Made by a program: the position numbers and the translations under genes | Shown here: positions 32,302 to 42,516 of the stretch, one piece after another | How positions within the stretch are numbered: position 1 is the first letter of the stretch | How the letters are laid out: each line of letters begins with the position of its first letter | The notes under the pieces: generated by a model | Databases searched by the model: none | What the model was told of the DNA's origin: nothing | The model's input: the letters and a program-made list of their open reading frames with translations, nothing else | Sequence record: OP312987.1 | DNA length: 64,000 nucleotides | From: Escherichia phage vB_EcoS_Uz-1 | Reading direction: 5' to 3' (one strand)

Positions 32302-33054
32302 TTAAGCGTAGTATTCAGCCAGATGGTCTAAGAGTTTCTGGGCATCGTTATCAATATAAGTCTCGGACTTATCGAACATACCCATTGGGGAACGAAGTCG
32401 TTTACCAACCGACTTCTTAGTTGGACGGGTCTGGAATACGTGCTTATACCCTAAGTCACGTTCTTCTTCCGTAATTTCAAGCATCTTGTTGCCATACTTC
32501 TCCAGTTCCTTAATGTCTACACGCTCTGCGTAAACCACTGTAGAGAAGTAAGCCTCAAGGCCATTGTTCTTCAGAGAGCCTTTCACTGGGATGAACGTTT
32601 TAATCACACCAGCAGCTTCGTCGAGTTCATCTTTGGCATGGGCAGTAATAATTACCGGCTTACCAAACTTAACAACTTTCTGTTGCAGCAGTATTTTAAA
32701 GAACTGTGCAAAGTCACCCCATGCTTTCTGGGTATTAGCAGATGGCAGTACATACTGGGATTCCAGCATATCCATCATGAAGGTAGCAGAGTCGATAATG
32801 ATACCGTCAACATCGTCTGCCATTTCTCCACCCGGGGATGCAACATCAAACGCTTCCCAAATCTGGTATGGGTCTTCAATGTTGTAGGTATTGAACTTGT
32901 TACGGAAAGGCAGACGTTTACCTGCTTCTGTATTCAGGTAGAGCCAGCGTTCCTGGTTCCTGATGTTACGCAGTGATGCTGATTTACCACTCGCTGAGAA
33001 TCCTGCAATCAGGATTAGCTGAGTGTTCATATCATTGGAGATTTCTTCGGACAT
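32302..33054 (-). CDS. RecA-like/Sak4-like P-loop ATPase
   Basis: Walker A GFSASGKS and Walker B IIIDSATF in a 250-aa protein. Confidence 0.5.
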   Translation of the reverse strand: MSEEISNDMNTQLILIAGFSASGKSASLRNIRNQERWLYLNTEAGKRLPFRNKFNTYNIEDPYQIWEAFDVASPGGEMADDVDGIIIDSATFMMDMLESQYVLPSANTQKAWGDFAQFFKILLQQKVVKFGKPVIITAHAKDELDEAAGVIKTFIPVKGSLKNNGLEAYFSTVVYAERVDIKELEKYGNKMLEITEEERDLGYKHVFQTRPTKKSVGKRLRSPMGMFDKSETYIDNDAQKLLDHLAEYYA

Positions 33055-33110
33055 TATTTTTCCTCGTTTAATTTAGGAGTCCTTCAAACCAAAGAAAGAC
33101 TCCTGTTTAC

Positions 33111-35263
33111 TTATTTGCCAGCGTAGCGTTTAGCCACGGTGACCATTACGGTTGCATTCAATTCATCATCAGGTAATGGATTAGCCAGCTTCTTATTGAA
33201 TGAGTGGACGGCTTGCTGTACTTGAGCAAAGTCCCAACCACTGTCAACCAATGCCAGTGCGTACTTAATCATTTGATTATTACGATTACCGGAGGCAATA
33301 CGACTAGCGAACCAACGCTCCAGATTATCCAACGACTGTACTTCCTTCATCTGGTTCTGGAACTGCTCGTTCTTACTAGTACGAGGAATAAAGTCACGCA
33401 CATCTAACAGATTTGCATCAAGGTTGTAATGATAAGAACCAGTCTCACAGGACATCCACTTCTTGGCTCGTTGGTTAGCTGACTCATCTGTTTCGAATGG
33501 TAGCCAAGCCATAACGTTATTCATGAACTCTTTGTATTCCTCTGTATCGAGGTGTAACTCATAGTTCATTGGAATAATCAGACGGAAGCGGTTCTCTTCA
33601 TCAGTATGACGCTTGGTGGTATAGGTCATGAACTTATATTCCTTCATCAGTTCATGGCACGTATGCAGTGGTACTCCACCATCACAGTCAATAACAATCA
33701 TGTTAAATCCTGGGATAACGTTCTCTTCAGAACGATGCCCATTCTTCATGTGATGGTTTACCCAGTGCATACCGGGAGCTTGGGTTAATACATGCAACTG
33801 GTCGAACGGTACGCGTTCACCAATGTAGTCATAAGCAAAGCTATCACTATATGCCACTATCATCTCATTGATGTCAGTCTCTTTAAGAGTTTCACCACGG
33901 AAGAACTCAATACCCTCATTGAAGGTCTTCTTAATGATGATGTGCTGTTTGTAACCCCATGCAGTAGCAAGAGTCATCATTTCATTACGAGCTGCATTAC
34001 CACTCTTATAGAATGGTAAAGACTCCAGCAAGTCAGCATGAGTTACTTCTTTACCTACGGAGGCAATGTACTTAGCCAGCTTCACATAGGCTTTTTCACG
34101 ATTAAGGATTGTCTGGAATGCTGCCCCAGATTCCTCTACAAGCAGAATTGCTTGTTTAAGGTGAGCCATCTCAATAAATGAACTCTGGTCAACAAATGCC
34201 AGTGCACCTGCCAGCTTAAGAGCTTTGAAGTAACGGTGGGAGATTTCAGCTTTACGAATCTCTTCGTGGTCAGCCATAGCTTCTGCTTGTTTCTCACAAT
34301 CAATTTTGTAAGTAATCAGGGCAATACCTACAGCATCTTCCACAATCATCTTAAAGCCAAACAAGTTTGGGTCAGCCAGACTATGGAAGTGGTTAGCCCA
34401 TTTACCAAGAGACTGTACGTTATCCTGTTTAATCAGGTTACGGTAGATTTCTTCTGGGGTTAGTGTTGCATGTGCTCGTTTGTCTAAATGCCCGATGGCA
34501 AACAAACAACGACGTGCATAACCTGTATCAAGGAAGTCATAGAACTGGTCCTCAGTCTGACCACCATCCAGCAGTTTACTCGGAGTACCAAACAACAGCA
34601 GGTTAGTTGGAGTCTTACCGTCCAGTTCTTCACCACGAACGCTTTCAGCAGTATTCTTGGTCAGCTTCTGCTTAACCTTACCCTGGTCATATAGCTCCAG
34701 AAACAGAGTTAATACATCAGAGTTAGCCAACAGATTTGAACCAATTTCATCAATTTGAAGATTGATTGAACCACATCCAGCCATTAACAGTTTATGACGT
34801 AGCTGTTTAACTGCTGGTGGAGTACCTGAGTCAAACGTAAACGGATATGCTCCGGCACGTTTATATTCTGCTTCAACTTTATCAAACTCTTCCTGCTGGT
34901 CAGTACCTTGACGTGCAGAGCGTTCGTTAGCAATCTTCCATAGACGGTCATTTGCAATGACGGGCATGGTGTCTTCCATAAAACGTTTACGGAAGCCAGT
35001 CATGAACCCGTCTTCGATGATATTACTGAGTGACCTTTACCGAAACCAGATGTAGCCAACGCTATAGCGTAGATGTTTACCGGCAGGTCACCACGGTCTT
35101 TAGTTACGATGGTTGCACCCATGCAGGATGCCATTTTAGCCAAGAAGTAGGCTACTTCGACACGGAAGAATCCCCGGTCATTGTTCTGGGTTTTATTGCA
35201 GAGCACATCTACGATTTCTTCAATCGCTGGATGGTGCACTACTCCGGTAAGGTCAATACTCAT
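33111..35263 (-). CDS. primase-like replication protein; apparent frameshift near 35028-35041
   Basis: Track ORFs 33111..35003 (630 aa) and 35000..35320, with real start at ATG 35263 overlapping the upstream stop as ATGA. The frames join at GGTAAAGGTCACTC (coding strand), consistent with a 1-nt deletion. Primase assignment is tentative (acidic DxD-type motif VIDCDGG). Confidence 0.4.
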
Positions 35264-36240
35264 GATGGAAAATATCTCTCTCTTTGTTTGCAAATGGTCG
35301 CGACAGGGCAGTATAAACAACGCTTAACCTGCCCCTCCACGACCTTGATAGCACCCTTGCCACCTTTTTCAGCCATGAAGATACGGGCAGATGCCATATC
35401 GTCAAAGTTTTTGGTACTTCTGGCTCCAGGCACATCTACCTTAGAAGCATCAGAGAAGTATTTGAATTGTGGCTCTGTTCGCCACAACTCCTCGTCAGTA
35501 CATTCAGGAATTTCCTCTTCAGGAGCATCCCAGTACTTTTCGATGAGGTGAATCTTCTCTTCCACCCAACGTTCAGTCTTCTCGACAGATAGCAGCGGAA
35601 TATCCTTATGCATAATACGATTAGCAGGATAGTTCGGGTTGCTATTAGCCATGTGTTTCATGAAGTCAGTGAAGATGTAGTTAATACGGATTACATCCTC
35701 CGTAATGATGTCGTTATGAATCCAACGGTACAAGCTGCCTTGCATCTTGTGTTCATCATCACGGGAACCGGCAACCCAGGAATAGGTTGAGGTAGACTTA
35801 AAGTCTTGCAACAGACCTTCCGTTACGATGTCGAACTTACCACCGATAGTCCAACCCTTAACTACCCTGGTTCCACGTTGTTCAATGTAGATTGGGATAA
35901 GGTCTGGGTTAGCATCAAAGTCTGCTTTGGTTGGGTTAATGACTACTGCATCAATGACTCGCTGAGGATAGCCTAGTTTCTTCAATGCAGTCTTATGCCC
36001 CAGCTTCCAGGCTTTCTCAATAGAATCATGCAAGCCAGTACCCATTGATGTGGAGACGAAATCCATAACATCAATGGATTGTTCACTGAGATCTACGCGA
36101 TGCTTCATGACGATTTGCTTAATGGGTTTAAGCAATGTAGTAGCAGACAAGTACTTAGGATTGTCTACATAATCATACTCGTCATGTAATAGCCATACAG
36201 CTAGTGCAAGACTAACGTCGTGTTTGTTGGTAAGTTTCAT
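35260..36240 (-). CDS. PD-(D/E)xK nuclease with C-terminal cysteine cluster (Cas4/RecB-like)
   Basis: GKFDIV ... LQDFK motif plus C-terminal CLYCPVATIC and an upstream Cys, compatible with a Cas4-like Fe-S nuclease. Its first 21 codons are duplicated upstream of the adjacent HNH gene. Confidence 0.5.
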   Translation of the reverse strand: MKLTNKHDVSLALAVWLLHDEYDYVDNPKYLSATTLLKPIKQIVMKHRVDLSEQSIDVMDFVSTSMGTGLHDSIEKAWKLGHKTALKKLGYPQRVIDAVVINPTKADFDANPDLIPIYIEQRGTRVVKGWTIGGKFDIVTEGLLQDFKSTSTYSWVAGSRDDEHKMQGSLYRWIHNDIITEDVIRINYIFTDFMKHMANSNPNYPANRIMHKDIPLLSVEKTERWVEEKIHLIEKYWDAPEEEIPECTDEELWRTEPQFKYFSDASKVDVPGARSTKNFDDMASARIFMAEKGGKGAIKVVEGQVKRCLYCPVATICKQRERYFPS

Positions 36241-36734
36241 AACAGTCCCAATTGCTTATTAGTTTTAGCAAACTCACCATAATGAGTTATAGCAGCTTCA
36301 TCATAGAGAACAGCAGCTTCTCTTGGGTCATCTGTAAAACCTAATGTAATTGGTTTACTGTTAACCCAAATAGTTGCTCTGTATTTACCTAAATTCTTTG
36401 AAAAGGATACCCCCTTAAATCCAGATGTGTTTGTTTTAGATAAAACAGCACTCTGGTTATTCTGCTTGTGGGTCGCTTCTCTGAGGTTATCTATCCAGTT
36501 GTGATGGCGAATATTGTCCTTATGGTCAATCCTATCCGTAGGCCATACACCGTGCACATAGAACCATGCAAGGATATGCCCATAGTACAACACACTATCT
36601 ACACGGAGTTGAACGTAACCACTCTTCATTAGGTAACCAGATACCTTTCCGGTATTCCTACGAGTAAAAATCCCGGAAATAGGGTCATAACTAACAAGCT
36701 GTAAAAGCCTGTCATGGGCAATCCTCTGTTTCAT
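36237..36734 (-). CDS. HNH homing endonuclease with AP2 DNA-binding domain (intact)
   Basis: HNH_3-type core (HGVWPTDRIDHKDNIRHHNWIDNL) and AP2-like C-terminus (SGFKGVSFSKNLGKYRATIW ... AAVLYDEAA). 165 aa, free-standing between replication genes. Confidence 0.7.
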   Translation of the reverse strand: MKQRIAHDRLLQLVSYDPISGIFTRRNTGKVSGYLMKSGYVQLRVDSVLYYGHILAWFYVHGVWPTDRIDHKDNIRHHNWIDNLREATHKQNNQSAVLSKTNTSGFKGVSFSKNLGKYRATIWVNSKPITLGFTDDPREAAVLYDEAAITHYGEFAKTNKQLGLL

Positions 36735-36740
36735 AATTAG

Positions 36741-36803
36741 TTACTCGTCATGCAATAGCCATACAGCCAGGGCCAGTGATACATCATGGTTGTTGGTTAT
36801 CTT
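36741..36803 (-). repeat. recoded duplicate of the first 21 codons of the nuclease gene, ending in a stop, directly upstream of the HNH gene
   Basis: 36741..36803 encodes MKITNNHDVSLALAVWLLHDE then stop; 36177..36239 encodes MKLTNKHDVSLALAVWLLHDE as the true gene start. About 76 percent nucleotide identity but 19 of 21 amino acids identical. Confidence 0.6.
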
Positions 36804-36805
36804 CA

Positions 36806-37282
36806 TTAGTAAGTAATCCTGTATCTGTGAACCCAGTTCCACTTAATTTCACTTAGCTGATTGAAGTTATACGAGTAAATTTCATCTCGTTCATCTTTAT
36901 AAACAATCTCAATGAATGAAAATTCTTTAGTGAAGTGAGGTTTACCATTGTTTGTATGGTGCCAATAACTACCAACGGTATTTACATTCGTAGCAGGATC
37001 CGGAAATAACTCACTAGCTAACTTCTCTTTAGCGAGAATACGATTAGCGTAATGAACCAGCTTCTCAGCATCATACACCGAAGAGTTTCCTGGTTTACCA
37101 TTACCCATACGGGCAGCAGCATTTCGCCATAGAGCCTTAAAGGCACAACCTTCATCGAAGGTCATGCCCAGTGCCTGGATAATATCCTCACACTCTGCTT
37201 GGTATGGCTCTTGCTCTTTCCGTTGGGGGTTCTTAACTGGTACTACATACCAGTTATTCAATCCACCGGAGAGCTTAGTCAT
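36806..37282 (-). CDS. hypothetical protein
   Basis: 158-aa ORF between the DNA polymerase region and the HNH insertion. Confidence 0.45.
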   Translation of the reverse strand: MTKLSGGLNNWYVVPVKNPQRKEQEPYQAECEDIIQALGMTFDEGCAFKALWRNAAARMGNGKPGNSSVYDAEKLVHYANRILAKEKLASELFPDPATNVNTVGSYWHHTNNGKPHFTKEFSFIEIVYKDERDEIYSYNFNQLSEIKWNWVHRYRITY

Positions 37283-37587
37283 TATTCCCCCTTGGGAATC
37301 ATGTTTGCCTGGAACTCTGGTTCAGACATCAGACCCAGGTTGTTAATGGACAGATAAACAATGTCTTTCAAATCAACCGAAGTGTCGAAACGCTGGTCCA
37401 GACTAATTTTAAGAGAGTGATTGGCACGGGCCAAATCTTTATAGGTCACATGAGGCTCGTCAGTGAGCAGCATTGTGTTCATAGTAAGCAGGGAGCCATC
37501 ATCAGCTTTGGGAAGCTGGAAGATTACCTGTGCTGCTACCATCCAATGATATTTTCTGACAACGGTTTCTTTAGTACTTTTAGTCAT
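37282..37587 (-). CDS. hypothetical protein
   Basis: 101-aa ORF directly downstream of the DNA polymerase gene. Confidence 0.4.
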   Translation of the reverse strand: MTKSTKETVVRKYHWMVAAQVIFQLPKADDGSLLTMNTMLLTDEPHVTYKDLARANHSLKISLDQRFDTSVDLKDIVYLSINNLGLMSEPEFQANMIPKGE

Positions 37588-40050
37588 GCGAATGCCTTTT
37601 GAATTATTTGATGAACTTCATCTGGGGTAGCGTGATTTGGAATTTCAATCTCGTTAGCCCACGTTGGATAAAACAAGGATAGTTCCCCACCCAAACCAAC
37701 TTCTGGATGAGCAATATCAGGATGGTCTTGCCAGTTAACGGCTTCAACCAAGTGCTTGTTCGTATACTGTAAGGTATCCATGTTGTCACGGATCATGAAG
37801 TATTGGGCATCATGAATGTGAATACAAGGACGGATATCTAACCTGAACTCACTGGTTCTGACTTTACGCATAAACTCTGAGCCAGCACGGTTATTAAGTA
37901 GACACCAGCTTTGACCTAATGCATTACCAGCAGTTCTGCCTTCAGCTTCTGCTTCATACGGAGTCTTACATGTCCCACGTAATACCTGAGCCAGTAAAGG
38001 AGTACGCACTCTTAAACCAAATGCAGCAGTTACATAACCAGTCTTAGCAGCTTCGTCTAGCTTAGCCTGAACCCACAAATCACTAACTACATAGAGATCG
38101 TGATAACGTTTCTCCGTAGTTTTAGCCTTCTCTTCGGAGAAGCCACAGTTTTCATTAAGCCCATGTAAGTACCACCATAGGTAAGCAGGAAGGTTGGAGC
38201 CTTCGAGTCACTACGTAATGATTTGTACTTATGCTGAATGGAATTAATGGATTCTACTGTGTCTTCTATGTCTGGCATCTGCTCACCAAAATAAGCATAT
38301 GCACGGAGACTGTGACCATCATAGCCATCGGTATATACCTTAAGCTTCTGCGGGTCTTTAGTAGTTAAAGCTGAGATACGGTCTTCAAGGCTTGCAAAGT
38401 CCAGTCCACAAAATATCCAACCTGGTGGTGCTTCGAAGCATTTCTTAATCTTCTTGGCGTATTTGGAACCACTGGGGATGGTCTGTAGATTAGGCTCGGA
38501 CGCTGAGAGACGTCCTGATACTGTGCCTCCAAATTGAGGTTACCGAACAGGTAGTGCCATCCATCTGGTCCAGGTTGTGCATTACGGAAAGCTGGGATGA
38601 ATGAAGTGATGATCTTATCCACCAGCTTATAGTCGATAAGTGCATTGAGCAGTTCCTTAACATCTTCACTCTGCGTATGTGTACGCAGTGCTTTAATAGT
38701 GTCACCGTCAGTAGCAGGTTGCTTGCTCTTAGTAAGACCAAGAACCGGTAAGCCGATGTAGTCAAATAACAATTTCTGTAATTGTGGACCAGAGTTAGGA
38801 TTAAACTCTATGTCACAATCAGCCAACGTTACCTGCTTCTTCTTAAGCTTGGCATTCTTATCGTCTACCCATTCCTGACGAAGCATCAGGGTGAAGTTCT
38901 TCATGAGCTTAGACTCACGAATAGTTTTCAGAGCCTGGTTCCTGTCAGTTTCCATTTCTTCAGCTACTTGGTTAACGGTTTCCATATTCATGGGCATACC
39001 GGTTAACTGCATCTGAATAATGTCTTCGCAGGCTGGTTTAAAGATGTTGTTATAAACATCTAGTTGGTTATCAGCTACCAGGGTATCCCAGTGTTTCTCG
39101 TAGGTGTACCAGGTACACAAACCATCAATAAGGTTGTATCGTAACAGTTGCTCATTAGGAATGAGACGAATGTCTTTAATATCATCCTGAGCATAGTTAC
39201 CAGCATACTCCTGAGCCTGCTCTTTTAGACTAAGGTGATTACCAGCACAACTGTTAGTAGCTAAATAAGTAATTAATTTAGTACAGTCCCAGTTACGCAG
39301 CATGATGTCCATGCCATGCAGTAAGCCTCCAGTATCAATCAGGTTATCCATGAATAACTGATAAATAAGTATGTACACATCATAACTAATGTTGTGATAC
39401 ATCTGCCGTTGGGTGTACTTAATGAAGAACTCACGGAGAAGATTTCGAACAATATCATTACGATTGATTCTCCCATAAGGTGCTTCAGTAGCTCCCCTAA
39501 TTGGCTCGTAATCCACATTAAAGGCTATGCCCTGTGTCTTACTCCAACAGAACGTAATTGTTCCTATACCTGCGTTATAGTGCTTTAAACCGAATGCCTC
39601 GATGTCTATAGCCAGAGGCTTATTCATCTCAAGCAACTGGTCTAGCCAGGCTTTAATCTTTTCTGGAGTATCTGGATAGGCTTCAAACTCAATGATTCCC
39701 TGACCTGGTTCAGCATACTGCCCACGTATGTGGTTTAGTAATGCATCCATACCCTGAGCAATTTTGGCTCTCACTACAGGTGGGTCATAAAAGACCTGTC
39801 TGTAACTAGGCGTATAGATAACTTTCTGTTTACCCCATACTGAATCACAAACATAGCCGAGATTAGCCTCTGCTTTAGCCTCTTTAGTCAGTATTTTGAA
39901 GTAATCAGAATCGGTGCAGATAATGTACTGGGTCTCTGCATCATCCAGTACTTGCTGCAATTCCTGCTTTATGAACTCCTTAATCTCTCTTGCTGGGGTC
40001 TTCTTCTTGCCCGGAGCAGAGTGAAGTTCAATAAAGATGAAGTCTTCCAT
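37584..40050 (-). CDS. DNA polymerase, family A, with 3'-5' exonuclease domain; at least two apparent frameshifts
   Basis: Fragments 38365..40050, 38087..38278 and 37584..38078. Exo motif LAIDIEAF; FNPNSGPQLQKLLF; motif A (GLDFASLEDRISA) readable only in a shifted frame after a break near 38531-38546; motif B (KAPTFLLTYGG); motif C (IHDAQYF). Second break at an A-run (ATGAAAACTGTGG) near 38143-38155. Confidence 0.7.
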
Positions 40051-40169
40051 GCTTAGGTCATAAGGCAGCAGGTAGGTTTAATCATCTCCTCCCTTCGGAT
40101 TTGATGACCGAGGATAGCAATAGGATACTTACCAGTATCCTGAGAGGTGATGTAACGCATAGCTTTACC

Positions 40170-40700
40170 TTAAAAGATCAGATGGGAAGCTGCATAATAC
40201 TCAATAGAGGGCAGAATCTTCTCATACTGCTTGATTGCCATAGCATCACCAGCAAGTGTCCAGGCTGCTTCACGAGTACGTGGCAGACCTTTGTACTGAC
40301 CAGTCTGATCTTGTGCTACCAGACATTCAGGCAGGGCATCTCGTACATCCTGATAAGACATACAACCACGAACCAGGCGATATACAGTCTGGTTCACAAG
40401 GTGTACTTCCATAATCAGACGACTGGAGGCTTTCAGATACTTGTCCATTGCAGGCCATAGTTCTGGATTAAGCGTTAATCGTTCACCATAGGTTGGGGGT
40501 CTGGTAGCATTAGAACGCTGATAGAACTCCCCTTGGTGAAGGAATCCAGCCGATACATCTACACCATTGATGCGATCATTCTTATCAATGATACCGTTTA
40601 ACACACCATCAAGACGAACCAGTTCTGCTAAGAACAGGTGTTTGACTATCTCGCTGCTATTGGCAACTTGACCAATAGTCGCTGAACCAATCTGAGGCAT
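40170..40700 (-). CDS. hypothetical protein
   Basis: 176-aa ORF between helicase and DNA polymerase. Confidence 0.45.
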   Translation of the reverse strand: MPQIGSATIGQVANSSEIVKHLFLAELVRLDGVLNGIIDKNDRINGVDVSAGFLHQGEFYQRSNATRPPTYGERLTLNPELWPAMDKYLKASSRLIMEVHLVNQTVYRLVRGCMSYQDVRDALPECLVAQDQTGQYKGLPRTREAAWTLAGDAMAIKQYEKILPSIEYYAASHLIF

Positions 40701-40710
40701 ATATCCTCCC

Positions 40711-42021
40711 TTAGAAAGTTAGACCACCATACTTACTGGCAAGATTGCCATAGAACACTACACGCTTACGGGCACGAGACACAGCTACGTAAAGCAGACG
40801 AGCAACCATATCCGGTTGGCGACAACTTGAGAGGTCATTTGCATCAATGAAGATTGTGTCGTAAGTAGAGCCTTGTGATTTATGGACAGTACATGCATGG
40901 GTAGCACGTAGGTCTGGAATGGTTTCTTTAAGACGGAAGTAAGGTTCCCAGTTTTTCTCTTTACCTAACCATTTAACCAAACGGTTGAAGTAGTCTGGAT
41001 CAGTAGGAACTGGAACTTCACTTACGATACCACCGTAACCAAGGTCAAGAGTACTATCACGAACTTCCAGTTCCAGGTCACCTGTAACCTTAATCATGCG
41101 AGTACTACTATCCTGGTCGATGAGTTTTACGTCTTGCTCGATAGACAGACGATTATCCACACCTAAGCGAACAGCAGAGTTAGATACTAGTTGCTCGCCG
41201 ATGGAGTACTCACCTACGTAACCATTAGCTTCACGGATGTAGTTATTGTAATTAATAACCTGGTCATTCGTATAAGCAACAATACGGCTGTTGGTAGGTT
41301 GAGTGAAGTGACTGAGAACCAGTCTCTCCATCTCTTCTTCCTGTACCCAGTCAATGATACCCGGAATACATTTAATAGGCAGGAAGCCTGTCTTACCCTC
41401 CACCGTATCACGCAATTGCTGGTGCAATGCTTTAAGTTCCGGTGCATCAGTACGCATCTGTTCAGTCAGATAGTGTGTTGGGATATTACCTGCATACACT
41501 GGAGACTTATTCTCTTTAACAGGTAAAAGCTGAGAAGCATCGCCTACGAATACCAGTTTGCACTGGTGAGTACCTTCACGAGCATACTTAAGTAACTGGC
41601 GGTCAATCATGGATGCTTCATCTACGAAGATGATTTTGTTCTTCTTAATATTGAATGATTTAGATGGTACGACATTAGCCTCACCAGTCTTAAAGTCATT
41701 CTTAACAATCAGACCCTGGAAGGAGTGATAGGTAGATGTTGGACGTCCTGTAGCTTGAGCCAGTACTTCAGCAGCTTTGTTCGTGGTCGCAGTCATGACA
41801 ACTTCGTTATACAGAGGCTTGGTTCCCATTAGAGAACAAGTTTCTATATATGCAGGCATAGTGTCATCAATGAGGTGCGACATCAGGAATGTCTTACCAG
41901 TTCCCCCAGGTCCACTAATATTGAATTCTGAGGCATTAGGGTCGAGCAGGAAGTCGAAGAACTCCTTCGCAACCGCTTCTTGCCCCTGGTTCAGTGGGGC
42001 TTTGGTAGGTTTGGAAAACAT
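40711..42021 (-). CDS. SF1 DNA helicase (Dda/RecD-like)
   Basis: Walker A GPGGTGKT, Walker B FVDEASM, motifs TVHKSQGSTYD and AVSRARKRVVF. GGAGA RBS before ATG 42021. Confidence 0.7.
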   Translation of the reverse strand: MFSKPTKAPLNQGQEAVAKEFFDFLLDPNASEFNISGPGGTGKTFLMSHLIDDTMPAYIETCSLMGTKPLYNEVVMTATTNKAAEVLAQATGRPTSTYHSFQGLIVKNDFKTGEANVVPSKSFNIKKNKIIFVDEASMIDRQLLKYAREGTHQCKLVFVGDASQLLPVKENKSPVYAGNIPTHYLTEQMRTDAPELKALHQQLRDTVEGKTGFLPIKCIPGIIDWVQEEEMERLVLSHFTQPTNSRIVAYTNDQVINYNNYIREANGYVGEYSIGEQLVSNSAVRLGVDNRLSIEQDVKLIDQDSSTRMIKVTGDLELEVRDSTLDLGYGGIVSEVPVPTDPDYFNRLVKWLGKEKNWEPYFRLKETIPDLRATHACTVHKSQGSTYDTIFIDANDLSSCRQPDMVARLLYVAVSRARKRVVFYGNLASKYGGLTF

Positions 42022-42032
42022 TAAAATCTCCA

Positions 42033-42056
42033 GTAAAAAACCCTCCGTAGAGGGTT
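42033..42056 (-). terminator. intrinsic terminator (minus strand)
   Basis: AACCCTC-CGTA-GAGGGTT followed on the minus strand by TTTTTTAC. Confidence 0.45.
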
Positions 42057-42516
42057 AGATGTATGGGGTTAAATCCGGGGGAGTGTAGTCTTTCCCCTTC
42101 ATGACTTTCTTGTTCTCATTGAAGACAGGTTCCCCATCCTCAAACTTAGAGTAGTTAGAGCGATTGACCTCACTCAATGCTCCCGGGACATTCATCCCAA
42201 GGAAAGTACCGACGCCAGTTGCTGTAACAATCTGGTCTGCCAGTGAATCCAGCAAAGCCAAGCGATTGCTATTTGCTGGGAAGATAGCCATGTGGTCTGC
42301 TTTCATCAGCAGAGATAATTTACCCAAAGCAGCCTGTGCATCGGCTAACACTTGCATACTATCCTCGCAGGATGGGGTCAACTCATCTAACATTTCTGCT
42401 ACTTCTTCCAGATGACAACCAATCTGGGTACTAATGTTCTTACTCGTCGGATTTGGTACTGCTTTCCGGAACCAGGCTTCCGTATTTACCAGCGTACAAA
42501 CGGATGAACTTGTCAT
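42055..42516 (-). CDS. putative MazG-like nucleotide pyrophosphohydrolase
   Basis: AWFRKAVP ... HLEEVAEMLDEL helical EE-x-x-E pattern resembling MazG/HisE-type NTP-PPases. Start uncertain (GTG 42522 or ATG 42516); overlaps the upstream gene by about 77 nt. Confidence 0.35.
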   Translation of the reverse strand: MTSSSVCTLVNTEAWFRKAVPNPTSKNISTQIGCHLEEVAEMLDELTPSCEDSMQVLADAQAALGKLSLLMKADHMAIFPANSNRLALLDSLADQIVTATGVGTFLGMNVPGALSEVNRSNYSKFEDGEPVFNENKKVMKGKDYTPPDLTPYI

